Assembly (NCBI GenBank): GCA_002794465.1
Contig: MTSL01000117.1
Span: 32,168-64,167, forward strand
Length of the DNA stretch: 32,000 nt
Source: Paramicrosporidium saccamoebae KSL3
Lineage: Eukaryota > Fungi > Cryptomycota
Reading direction: 5' to 3'
Below the pieces are notes generated by a model. The model was not told the DNA's origin and did no database searches. It saw only the letters and a list, made by a program, of their open reading frames with translations. Below, piece by piece: positions 10,528-20,333 of the stretch. Both the position numbers and the translations under genes were made by a program. Every line of letters begins with the position of its first letter. The first letter of the stretch is position 1.

Positions 10528-12759
10528 ATGCTAGTCACTCCGTCCTTGGTGCTGTGCGCCTTCTTTGGTGTATCTGTGGGGGAGCTCCATGTGCATGTCG
10601 GCACCCACATTCAGAAATATAGTGTCGGTACTGACATTTCCCCGTTAAGCCTTGGCCGCTCCCTCCTCCTTCTCCCTCTCACGGCTACAGTTCGATTTGA
10701 ACACTTAACTGCCAAGGAAGCTGCCATCCTCCCTTCTCCTGTCTGCTCCCGCATTGATATTAATTGCTGGTGTGACTGTTATCGTGATCTTGGTGTCAAG
10801 GACTATTTGATGAATCATTTCAGTGCCGACTGCGTGCGAGCTATACCAAAGAATCTTTTTGCGGGGTTGCGGGCAGAGGACATGCCCATGTTAGGAGAAC
10901 ACTTTTTGGCGGCGATGGATGTGGCACAAGTGACAATGATTAAGGAGGAGAGCAGAGCAGGATTAAGTGAGAAACAGATGATGGCGCTACTAAAATCAGA
11001 TATGAATGGATTGGTCGAGGCTGGCACCAATTGTGCAGCATTGACAGAAAAAGACATTCGTCGGATTAGTGACAGTCCTACCATGGTTAAGGCGCTGACG
11101 GCCAACTGTGTAAAGCACGTTGGCGCGCTTCTCGCTGCAGTCGGACCAAAGATTTTTGCCGACACTCAATTATTCAAAACGACCACACTCTCCCAACTGA
11201 TCCATATTCCACGTCGTTACATTACCACCTCCCTGGTACAGCGGATTCTTGACTCTGGTGCAAAGGCGTGTGTTGGTCTGACTAGTGAGGCATTGTCCCT
11301 GATCCCAGCGGACAAGATTCATAGACTTGGCAAGGATTGTTGGAGGCTTGCCACTGCTGGGAGATTTGTACCATTTACCATTAGTGCCAAGATTGTTCAA
11401 AAGCTACCTGATACGGCGTGGAGTGCCGTATCTGCACGCTTTCTCAGGACTTTGGAGATTGAGGGACGCTTCTCGCACGCTTCTGTCAAGGCTCTAATCT
11501 CCAATGTGGCAAAGGACAATATCAAGGCTTGTGTGGCTGTAGAAGGACTAATCCGGGCACTACAGACTCCAGCTGTCGTTGCTCTTATTTCGCCTGAATG
11601 TCTGCTGAAAATCAGCCCTAAACATCTCGGACAAATCAAGGACAGTCGAATAATCAATGCTTTCCCAGCCGCCGCTATAAAGGCTCTTCATTCGAAACAA
11701 GTCGCCGCCATCCAACCAAAAATATTTGAAGAGCTTTCGGAATCTCACATAAAGACGCTCAGTGAAGGAGTTGGCTGTTCTGGTCTTGGATCGGAGCAGC
11801 TCACTGCTCTCGGACAAAAGTGGCGCCGCTTATCCTTGCTGTCTTCGCGATGCGTTGCAAAGATTCCGCTACAAAAAGTCCTGGCATTGTCCGACGAGTT
11901 AATTGGCGCATTCTCCGATCAAGCATTTTCCCACCTACACAGGCTAGAGTTTGACGAGGACGCCAATATTGCCAAGATGCTGACATTAATGCGTCCTGAG
12001 CAGATCAAGACACTTGGAGAGGCCCAGAAAGATGAACTGCATCTCTGTCATAATCTACAAATGGACGTCTCGTCTGTGCTTTCCGGAAATGAAAGCCTAC
12101 ACTCTTCTAAGAGAAAGAGCGCTCTTGGTCCTATTCTAGCAGCCGGCTGTCTGCATGTCCTTCATCCTTTGAGTATGGCCACGATTGCTCAAACGGATGT
12201 CCGTTATCTCGGAGAATCATTTGTCGCTGCCATCAATAGGCCAGCGGCGATTTCTGAGTTGCCAGAGTCGCTCTTTGCCACATTTAGCCAGAAGCATGTA
12301 GACAGCTTCAAGCCGACGGCCTGTTCTGGACTCTGTTCCGAGCAACTGACCAAGCTAGCGCCTTCCGTTAAGCTAACTAACACCGCTTGTATCGAACGCA
12401 TGCATCCGCAAGAGTTAGTAAACCTCTTCAAGGCTAGCCGAGCTACTCTTCCAGAAAATATTGCCACCATCCTGACTTCTGCCCATCTTCTTCTGATGGA
12501 TTATTCCGATCTTGCGCCCACTGATTATAAATATCTTGGCAAAAATGTCCCCGAAGCCCAGAATCCCTGCCATTCCATATCTGCTACCAAGGTCAACATT
12601 GATTTTTGGAAGCAAGTGGATGAATATTGTGTAGCCTCGTTGAACGATCTGGAAAAGGTAAACTTTGCAGAGATCAAAGAGGCTGTTGCTGTTGGAAAGC
12701 TGGCTTTGATAGATAAAACCAAAGCCGAGGTATTGCGTACAAATGGATGGGTTCTATAA
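10528..12759 (+). CDS. Orphan, predicted secreted helical-repeat protein with paired cysteines (~743 aa)
   Basis: Long intronless ORF; first ATG at 10528. Hydrophobic N-terminus MLVTPSLVLCAFFGVSVG; at least 7 C..x20-35..C repeats. No family recognised. Confidence 0.8.
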   Translation: MLVTPSLVLCAFFGVSVGELHVHVGTHIQKYSVGTDISPLSLGRSLLLLPLTATVRFEHLTAKEAAILPSPVCSRIDINCWCDCYRDLGVKDYLMNHFSADCVRAIPKNLFAGLRAEDMPMLGEHFLAAMDVAQVTMIKEESRAGLSEKQMMALLKSDMNGLVEAGTNCAALTEKDIRRISDSPTMVKALTANCVKHVGALLAAVGPKIFADTQLFKTTTLSQLIHIPRRYITTSLVQRILDSGAKACVGLTSEALSLIPADKIHRLGKDCWRLATAGRFVPFTISAKIVQKLPDTAWSAVSARFLRTLEIEGRFSHASVKALISNVAKDNIKACVAVEGLIRALQTPAVVALISPECLLKISPKHLGQIKDSRIINAFPAAAIKALHSKQVAAIQPKIFEELSESHIKTLSEGVGCSGLGSEQLTALGQKWRRLSLLSSRCVAKIPLQKVLALSDELIGAFSDQAFSHLHRLEFDEDANIAKMLTLMRPEQIKTLGEAQKDELHLCHNLQMDVSSVLSGNESLHSSKRKSALGPILAAGCLHVLHPLSMATIAQTDVRYLGESFVAAINRPAAISELPESLFATFSQKHVDSFKPTACSGLCSEQLTKLAPSVKLTNTACIERMHPQELVNLFKASRATLPENIATILTSAHLLLMDYSDLAPTDYKYLGKNVPEAQNPCHSISATKVNIDFWKQVDEYCVASLNDLEKVNFAEIKEAVAVGKLALIDKTKAEVLRTNGWVL

Positions 12760-12977
12760 GTAGTAAAGTCTAAATACAAATATAAAGTACTTCCAGTCCG
12801 AAGATGACAATATAATATGAGCTGTATCCTGAGGACAATTGCCCTTGATGGGCTCTTTTTGTTGGACGAGACAATATAATGTGTTTTGCAGTCTAAACAT
12901 CAAGTTATCAGGACGCTAATACATAACTGTAAAGTAGCGAAACGGTTAGCTGGGGATTTGTTGCTATGCTATCAAAC

Positions 12978-13456
12978 TGTGACATAGAAGACTGATTAGT
13001 TGGGTACTTGAGGATAGTTCCCTAGTTTGGAAAAGGGATAACCATGTCGCGTAGTGGGGATAATACTACGGACTTTGTCACTACTATTTATTTGGGAGGC
13101 AAGGGAACTCTATTATTATCAATTTGTAAGTCGTTTTATAGTCTCCCGAGTTGCATAGTAGTAATCCTCAAATGGTAAGATATAGATCTCATTACCCTTC
13201 GTCGATTGTTCTGATTATCCCTTTTGCAAACTAGAGAACTATTTCCAAAAGACATACTAATCAGTCTTCTACGTCACAACCAGAACAATCGATCAAGGAT
13301 GGTGGGATCTATATCTTTATCATTTTATGATTATCATGTTGTTTGTGAAACTATAAATGGGTCGTTGGATTGACCGAATAAATTCTCTTCTCTTCTCGTC
13401 CCATCTCGTCTCTTTCCGCCTGACAAAGTCCGTGGTATTATCCCCACTACGCGACA
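12978..13456. repeat. Nested long inverted repeats (large imperfect hairpin plus a crossing 64-bp inverted pair)
   Basis: 13045-13080 vs 13421-13456: 35/36 complementary. 13162-13213 vs 13281-13333: 43/52 with one gap. 12978-13041 vs 13215-13278: 52/64, ungapped. Confidence 0.92.
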
Positions 13457-13612
13457 AAATGCTGACACTCTATCCATGTTTTAACTTATTGACACCGTTA
13501 TCATGCTTCCATCACGCAACACGATCATTTTATCACTTTACTCGATAACAATCCGCTGCTTAAGCAGTCAATTAACCCCCCATACCAATCCTATTAGTAT
13601 TGTGGCTCAAAT

Positions 13613-13876
13613 TTACAAGTCTTTTTCCATTACTGCTTCTACAGCCACTTGACTCGGTTCACAGTTTTCATTGGGCCCCTCCCCGCCAATTGGTAGAGAT
13701 GGGGGCTCCTGGTCATACTTTATGAGCAGCTCGGCCAGCATCTTTAGCGGCCGTTCGGGCTTTTCTTGAAGAATACGCTGCAACGATAGGTACAATGCAG
13801 GAATGACACTGTCCAGATATTGGTGGTTCTGCGACCTTTGGAGGGCTTCCATGTTTTTTCTCTGCAGCGCCGTCAT
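13613..13876 (-). CDS. DPY30: Dpy-30 motif protein (COMPASS subunit Sdc1/DPY30-like)
   Basis: HQYLDSVIPALYLSLQRILQEKPERPLKMLAELLIK matches the Dpy-30 motif RxYLDxxVxPxLxxGLxxxxxERPxxPxxFLAxYL. Confidence 0.7.
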   Translation of the reverse strand: MTALQRKNMEALQRSQNHQYLDSVIPALYLSLQRILQEKPERPLKMLAELLIKYDQEPPSLPIGGEGPNENCEPSQVAVEAVMEKDL

Positions 13877-14039
13877 CCTCTTTGTAGCTTTCTAGCATTC
13901 AGTCATAAGTAGTCTAAATGTACATTTTCTGTATCATCATGCCCCACTGCGGATGTTCGCTTCCGACTAACCATGGTTCATAAATAAAAGGGAAATTCTT
14001 TACTATTGTTTCGAGCTGCCGGGGGTCGCATTTTCTGGG

Positions 14040-17000
14040 ATGGCTGAGGACCGGAAACTCCCCTCTTCCCAGTCGCTGCCCAGCAGTTTTGAAACACTCA
14101 AATTCTATAATTCTGCGCGACATCCCTCCAGCGCCGAATCCGACACGCCGCGTGTCCACGAACTCATCCGTCCACACATTGACTCCTTCAACGCCATATT
14201 CGACGATGGTTTGTTGGACCGTTCAGTGGCAAATCTCGAAGTGCGGGAGAGCGAGGACGGCCGAGGGAATAGACTGCGATTTTGGTTGGAAGATGTGCAG
14301 GTGGGAAAGCCTCTGCTGTCAGAACGCGAGGTGTGTTCTCTGAATCGATTCCTCTATCCGAATGAGTGTCGCGAGAGGGGGGTGACTTACAAGGGGAAGA
14401 TGGGAGCCAAGCTGATGTGGTCTATTAATGACGGGCCGGTGAAGAGTGAAGTCAGGGCGATCGGATCCATGCCCATCATGATTCGTTCCAACCGATGCCA
14501 CTTGGAGGATTTGTCGCCAAAGCAGCTGGTGGCGAGACGCGAAGATGCAGAGGAGCTGGGTGGCTGTTTTGTTGTAAACGGAATTGAAAGACTGATGCGT
14601 CTTTTGATTGCGGCACGTCGAAATCATCCAATGGTCCTGTTCCGTCCATCCTTGGCCAAACGTGGGCCAATGTATTCCCAATACGGTTTGCAGATCCGGT
14701 GTGTCAGAAATGACGAGTCTTCACAGACCATCTACTTGCATTATCTGAATAACGGTGCCTGTATGATGCGTGTCCACATTCGCAAGGCCGAGTATCTGAT
14801 CCCATTAATGTTAGTGATGAAGGCGCTGGTGGATACCAACGATAAGGAGATTATGGAGAGTGTCCTCCACGGAGATGTAGAAAATACGTTCATCTCTGGC
14901 CGTGTGGAGGGCATGTTGCGCGAGTTTAAAAAGGAACAGCTATTTAGTAGGAAACAATGTCTGGAGTATCTTGGCGAGAGGATGGTCACTGTGCTAAACA
15001 TGAGTTCTGATGCGACCAAAGAAGAGATTGGCAAAGAATTCCTACGCCGATATGTACTGGTTCATTTAGAGGACAACTTGGACAAATTTAATCTATTCAC
15101 TGCCATGGTGAGGAAGCTGTATGCAGTTGTGGGAGACCAATGTTGTGCTGATAATCCCGATTCTCCCATGAATCATGAAATCCTACTGACTGGACAGGTC
15201 TATTGCAACTATTTAAAGGAGAAATTGGACGATTGGCTGACATCGATCAAGCTGACGATTGCCACAGATCTGCGCCGCACTCCCGCCAGCGTTGATTTTG
15301 GTGGGGATGCGTCGTATGTAAAAAAGATATTTGCCAAGGTCCCAGCCGACATTGGTAAGAAGCTCGAGTATTTCCTGGCTACAGGCAATCTTGTTTCCAA
15401 TACGGGAATGGATCTGCAACAAACCTCGGGATACACGGTGGTGGCAGAAAAGCTGAATTTCATGCGATATCTGGCACATTTCCGGGCTGTCCATCGTGGA
15501 GCCTTTTTTGCGGAATTGAAGACGACGACAGTTCGCAAGTTGCAGCCTGAAGCGTGGGGCTTTATGTGTCCCGTACATACTCCTGACGGTGCGCCCTGTG
15601 GTCTCCTAAATCACATGAGTCATAGCTGCAAGGTTGTCACTACGGGAGCCTCCAAGGACGACGTTGAGGCCACGGTGCCAATTCTCATTAGTCTTGGCTG
15701 TCTACCGGTGGGACGACATGGACGACGACCTGCTGACACTTATCCCGTAATGGTCGATGGCCGTTGGTGTCTAAATATCCGTCCCGACACAATCATCTCA
15801 GTGGCCAAACAGCTTCGTAACTTTAAGGCCCAAGGGATGATCCATGAGATGATTGAGATTGCCGCCATTCCTCCCTCCAATGGGGGGTTGTACCCAGGAC
15901 TGTATCTTTTCACCGGTGCCTCTCGAATGATGCGACCCGTGCAGATTCTTGCTGTCCCTGAGAAGAGCATCCACATTGGCACATTGGAGCAGGTGTATTT
16001 GGATATTGCCGTCAAACCAGAAGAAGTCATCAAGGGTGTCACCGAGTTGGTGGAGCTGCAAACGACAAATTTCCTCTCTGTGGTGGCCAATCTGACACCA
16101 TTCCCCGACCACAATCAGTCGCCGCGTAACATGTATCAATGTCAGATGGGTAAACAATCCATGGCCACTCCTCTCCATAATTATCCGCATCGGACGGACA
16201 ACAAACTTTATCGTCTACTCAATCCCCAATCGCCCATTGTACGGACCATGCATCATTCTCGTTACTGTATGGATCACTATCCTACAGGCGCCAATGCAGT
16301 GGTGGCAGTCATATCATATACGGGATATGACATGGAAGACGCCATGATTTTGAACAAGAGCAGTTATGAGCGCGGCTTTGGTCACGGTATTGTCTATAAG
16401 AGCGAATTCTATGATATTTCTGACCGAAATGTGCGTGGCGAGCCCAAGTCTCACTTTTTCGGAGTCAAAGACGCCAAATTTGTTCCCAAGACATTGGAGA
16501 TTGATGGCTTGCCTGCGGTGGGCCAGAAGGTGTCACCCGACGATGTGCTCTTCTCTGTCAATGACGAAGCCACGGGACAGACGCGAGTGGAGCGCTACAA
16601 GGGCTTTGAAGACGCCTACATTGAGGAGGTCCGTTTGTTGGGAGACGACAATGGCGAGGGTCCTTTACAAAAGGTTAATATCAAGTTCCGCATTCCCCGC
16701 AATCCGATCATTGGCGACAAGTTTTCCTCACGTCACGGTCAGAAGGGTATCTGCAGTCAAAAGTATCCAACAGTAGACATGCCTTTTACGGAAACGGGCA
16801 TGACCCCCGATGTGATTATCAATCCCCATGCCTTCCCCAGTCGTATGACGATTGGAATGTTTGTGGAGAGCATGGCAGCCAAGGCCGGCTCTCTTCATGG
16901 GATTGCCCAAGATGCAACTCCCTTTACATTCTCGGAAAAGGATACGGCTGCCGAGTATTTTGGGGAGCAGTTGAAAAGTGCCGGCTACAATTATTATGGA

Positions 17001-17474
17001 AACGAGCCCATGTACAGTGGCATCACCGGTGTGGAGATGAAGGCGGACATTTACATTGGCGTGGTATATTATCAGCGTCTGCGTCACATGGTGTCGGACA
17101 AATTCCAGGTGCGTACCACTGGACCGGTGCATAATCTCACCCAACAGCCGGTGAAGGGACGCAAACGGGCAGGTGGTATTCGTTTCGGTGAGATGGAACG
17201 TGATTCGCTATTAGCTCACGGAGTATCGTTCCTTCTGCAGGATCGCCTGATGAACTGCTCCGACTACTCACAGGCATATGTGTGTCGACGATGTGGAAGC
17301 ATTCTCAGTCCAATTGCGCAGGGCGGGAGGTTGGATATGGGCGTTCCAAAGGTCCATTGCCATACCTGCAACAAGGGCGATGCATTGGATGTGATTGCGA
17401 TTCCGTTTGTGTTTAGATATCTTGCGGCCGAACTGATGGCCATGAACATTGACATTAAGTTGCACGTAAACTAG
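14040..17474 (+). CDS. RPA135: RNA polymerase I second-largest subunit
   Basis: 1144 aa, intronless. Pol I-specific HIDSFN, PxECRERGVTY, KTTTVRKLQPEAWGFMCPVHTPDGAPCGLLNH, DHNQSPRNMYQCQMGKQ, GDKFSSRHGQKG and GGIRFGEMERDSLLAHG. Confidence 0.98.
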   Translation: MAEDRKLPSSQSLPSSFETLKFYNSARHPSSAESDTPRVHELIRPHIDSFNAIFDDGLLDRSVANLEVRESEDGRGNRLRFWLEDVQVGKPLLSEREVCSLNRFLYPNECRERGVTYKGKMGAKLMWSINDGPVKSEVRAIGSMPIMIRSNRCHLEDLSPKQLVARREDAEELGGCFVVNGIERLMRLLIAARRNHPMVLFRPSLAKRGPMYSQYGLQIRCVRNDESSQTIYLHYLNNGACMMRVHIRKAEYLIPLMLVMKALVDTNDKEIMESVLHGDVENTFISGRVEGMLREFKKEQLFSRKQCLEYLGERMVTVLNMSSDATKEEIGKEFLRRYVLVHLEDNLDKFNLFTAMVRKLYAVVGDQCCADNPDSPMNHEILLTGQVYCNYLKEKLDDWLTSIKLTIATDLRRTPASVDFGGDASYVKKIFAKVPADIGKKLEYFLATGNLVSNTGMDLQQTSGYTVVAEKLNFMRYLAHFRAVHRGAFFAELKTTTVRKLQPEAWGFMCPVHTPDGAPCGLLNHMSHSCKVVTTGASKDDVEATVPILISLGCLPVGRHGRRPADTYPVMVDGRWCLNIRPDTIISVAKQLRNFKAQGMIHEMIEIAAIPPSNGGLYPGLYLFTGASRMMRPVQILAVPEKSIHIGTLEQVYLDIAVKPEEVIKGVTELVELQTTNFLSVVANLTPFPDHNQSPRNMYQCQMGKQSMATPLHNYPHRTDNKLYRLLNPQSPIVRTMHHSRYCMDHYPTGANAVVAVISYTGYDMEDAMILNKSSYERGFGHGIVYKSEFYDISDRNVRGEPKSHFFGVKDAKFVPKTLEIDGLPAVGQKVSPDDVLFSVNDEATGQTRVERYKGFEDAYIEEVRLLGDDNGEGPLQKVNIKFRIPRNPIIGDKFSSRHGQKGICSQKYPTVDMPFTETGMTPDVIINPHAFPSRMTIGMFVESMAAKAGSLHGIAQDATPFTFSEKDTAAEYFGEQLKSAGYNYYGNEPMYSGITGVEMKADIYIGVVYYQRLRHMVSDKFQVRTTGPVHNLTQQPVKGRKRAGGIRFGEMERDSLLAHGVSFLLQDRLMNCSDYSQAYVCRRCGSILSPIAQGGRLDMGVPKVHCHTCNKGDALDVIAIPFVFRYLAAELMAMNIDIKLHVN

Positions 17475-17746
17475 ATTAGAATACATTAGCATGGTGTTGA
17501 TGTTGCGTAGTGGGGATAAAGCAGTGGATCTATAAAGGTACAAAGTCTCCATTTATCTGTAGTATCTGATATGTAATCCTACACTACTGGAAAAGTATAA
17601 AGTAGTGAATTTTGTCCATCGAACTATGACCATTATATGTAATATGGGATCTTTACACTGCTCCAAGACAATACTTCTCACCGTCTACTACTTCACACTA
17701 TTGCAAAATGTAATTTAAAAAGGACACTTTTCCCTTTTCGGCGAAA

Positions 17747-20275
17747 ATGGCGGCGGGCGGTTACTCCTCGACAACTATTATTGCCGATGAACAATTCATT
17801 GAACGGCAGCGACTATTTGAAGACTTTTTGGCGTCAGACCGACACGATTACAAAGAACGCATCCGAGGCCTGCTCAAGACGCAGGGACGTCGACTGATCA
17901 TCAACATTAATGACCTGCGTCAGACAAACGCAGAATTGGCTACAGGTCTGTTACGCACGCCGTTGGAATGGCTTCCCCCGCTGGAGGTTGCATTGCGCGA
18001 AGTAGCGACAACGTTGAATGAGACGAGCTACGAAATGGACCTGGGGAAGGTGCAATTGCATGTGGGCTTTGAGGGCAGCTTTGGGGCGCTGCATACGACA
18101 CCGCGTCATCTGTCGGCAGCATTACTGTCGCATATGGTGTGTCTGGATGGAATAGTGACAAGCTGCTCGCTGGTACGACCCAAACTTTTACGCTCAGTGC
18201 ATTACTCGGAGCCAAGAAAGGCATTTCTCATGCGCGAATATTGGGATGCAACAATGCTGGGGGGAGGGGTGACGGCATTAAACTATCCTACTGGAGGAGA
18301 GGACCGGCTGGTTTCTGAATTTGGACTGTGCACATACCGCGACTATCAGACAGTGTCGATGCAGGAGATGCCAGAAAAGGCACCGGCAGGACAGCTGCCA
18401 CGGAATGTGGACGTGGTGTTGGATGATGACCTGGTGGATGCTGTGAAACCAGGAGACCGAGTGCAGATTGTGGGAGTTTACAAGAGTCTAGCAGGCTCCA
18501 GTCAAAATGCCTCCACAATCCCCGCCACCTTCCGTGCTGTGCTTATTGGACTCGGCGTAAAATTGATAGGAGCTGATGCGCAAACACCGACGCTTTCAAC
18601 GGACGATATGCACAACATCCGAGCAATGGGTCGTCGTCGCGATGTCTTTGATTTGCTATCGCGGTCTCTAGCGCCTTCCATCTACGGCCACGAGTTTGTA
18701 AAGAAGGCGGTGCTATTGATGTTGTTGGGCGGAGTGGAGAAGAATCTGGCTAATGGTACCCATTTGAGAGGCGATATCAATTTAATGTTGGTGGGTGATC
18801 CATCGACGGCCAAATCGCAGATGCTGCGTTTTGTGCTTGCATTGGCGCCTTTGGCCATTGCCACCACCGGACGAGGATCTTCGGGGGTGGGTTTGACCGC
18901 TGCCGTCACTACAGACAAGGAGACAGGTGAACGACGATTGGAGGCTGGAGCCATGGTATTGGCCGATCGGGGCATTGTGTGCATTGACGAATTTGACAAA
19001 ATGTCCGATATGGATCGTGTGGCCATCCACGAAGTGATGGAACAGCAAACAGTAACCATTGCCAAGGCGGGAATCCATGCCAGTCTGAATGCACGTTGTG
19101 CCGTACTGGCAGCAGCCAATCCAATCTGGGGCCAATATCGGGAGACGGCGTCGCCGCAGGAAAACATCCGACTGCCTGATTCGTTGCTGTCCCGTTTCGA
19201 TCTGTTGTTCATCATCTTGGACACTTCGGATCCGGAGCACGACCATCGAATCTCGTCCCACGTGCTCAAGATGCACCGTTTCATCCCCACTGGTCTTACT
19301 GAGGGTCAGCCGATCAGTGAGAATACGCGCACCACCGATTCAGACGATGAGGAGGAACGCGGTGTGGGGACGGCCGTCTTTCAAAAACATTATGGTGTGG
19401 GGGAGGAGGACGCAGACGATGAGATTTTGACCATTCCGTTCCTCAAAAAGTACATTCATCATGCTAAATCTATGGCGGCCCCGGTGCTGACTAAGGCGGC
19501 CACTGATTGCATTGTCACGGCCTATTCCGAATTTCGTCAGAAACGCGATGCCGAGGCGGGTCATACGGAGGCCAAGACTTTTCCCGTGACACCGCGTACT
19601 CTGGAGACACTGATCCGTCTGGCCACTGCCCATGCCAAGGCGCGTCTCTCTGCCCGAGTAGAACGGAAGGATGCACGAATGGCCGTGGAGATGGTGCAAT
19701 TCTGTCTCTACAAAGAGGTCAAGAAGAAGCCATCCAAGCGACGTCGCAAACAAGCCAATGACGACTCTGGCACTGAAAGCAGTGACAATAGTGATCATAG
19801 TGATGAAGACACAAAAGTAGAAAAGGACGAAATGGCTGCTGTTATGGAAGATCCAGCTTCATTACAAGGACTGACACTTGAGGAGGTGGGAAGCACAATG
19901 GCCAGTGCATCGATTGTGGAACACCCAACCTCTATTCCCCCCACCCAAACTCAGACCCAAAGTCAGAGTCAAAATTACATTGACTCGGCCAGTCTGGAAG
20001 GCACATTTGTGGAGCCATCCCAGGATTCCCTTCCAATTGCCACACAGCCCACCGAAGAGGTCAGTCGGGCAGTACGGGCAGCCCTACATCGTCTCCGCTC
20101 TGCCTCCACCTCGGCTGTCTTTGCCACCAACATTTCCGATGTGCATGCCGAGATTGCCAAAGAAGATCCGCCTCTTGCCGCCTCGTTGATGGCGGATGTT
20201 CTCATGGCGGTGGTCCAAGAGATGCAGCGTCTCAATCAGGTCATGATCTCGGATGGCGTCATTTACATTATTTAA
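17747..20275 (+). CDS. MCM3: DNA replication licensing helicase subunit Mcm3
   Basis: 842 aa. KNLANGTHLRGDINLMLVGDPSTAKSQMLRFVL, IDEFDKMSDMDRVAIHEVMEQQTVTIAKAGIH, LLSRFDL and TPRTLETLIRLATAHAKARLS are MCM3-type. Confidence 0.97.
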   Translation: MAAGGYSSTTIIADEQFIERQRLFEDFLASDRHDYKERIRGLLKTQGRRLIININDLRQTNAELATGLLRTPLEWLPPLEVALREVATTLNETSYEMDLGKVQLHVGFEGSFGALHTTPRHLSAALLSHMVCLDGIVTSCSLVRPKLLRSVHYSEPRKAFLMREYWDATMLGGGVTALNYPTGGEDRLVSEFGLCTYRDYQTVSMQEMPEKAPAGQLPRNVDVVLDDDLVDAVKPGDRVQIVGVYKSLAGSSQNASTIPATFRAVLIGLGVKLIGADAQTPTLSTDDMHNIRAMGRRRDVFDLLSRSLAPSIYGHEFVKKAVLLMLLGGVEKNLANGTHLRGDINLMLVGDPSTAKSQMLRFVLALAPLAIATTGRGSSGVGLTAAVTTDKETGERRLEAGAMVLADRGIVCIDEFDKMSDMDRVAIHEVMEQQTVTIAKAGIHASLNARCAVLAAANPIWGQYRETASPQENIRLPDSLLSRFDLLFIILDTSDPEHDHRISSHVLKMHRFIPTGLTEGQPISENTRTTDSDDEEERGVGTAVFQKHYGVGEEDADDEILTIPFLKKYIHHAKSMAAPVLTKAATDCIVTAYSEFRQKRDAEAGHTEAKTFPVTPRTLETLIRLATAHAKARLSARVERKDARMAVEMVQFCLYKEVKKKPSKRRRKQANDDSGTESSDNSDHSDEDTKVEKDEMAAVMEDPASLQGLTLEEVGSTMASASIVEHPTSIPPTQTQTQSQSQNYIDSASLEGTFVEPSQDSLPIATQPTEEVSRAVRAALHRLRSASTSAVFATNISDVHAEIAKEDPPLAASLMADVLMAVVQEMQRLNQVMISDGVIYII

Positions 20276-20333
20276 GTGCACTAACAGTAAATTATTTTGT
20301 AAAACGATCGTAGTGGGTTGGATCTATCTGCAG

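Noticed and set aside
12945-13002. GTTAGCTG (12945) and TTAGTTG (12996) near the hairpin as a telomerase RNA template for the terminal repeat
   Set aside because: Each is about one repeat unit with no alignment extension and is expected by chance. One lies in a paired arm, and the G-U bias favours the opposite strand.
13045-13456. B/B' as terminal inverted repeats of a MITE (TGT...ACA ends)
   Set aside because: No target-site duplication (flanks ACCA and AAAT) and no transposase in the window. Not excluded without a genome-wide copy search, so annotated only as a repeat.
14089-20281. Many 60-200 aa overlapping or antisense ORFs within RPA135 and MCM3 (also MFS, SAC3, DRS2)
   Set aside because: Shadow frames of long conserved genes with no independent motifs.
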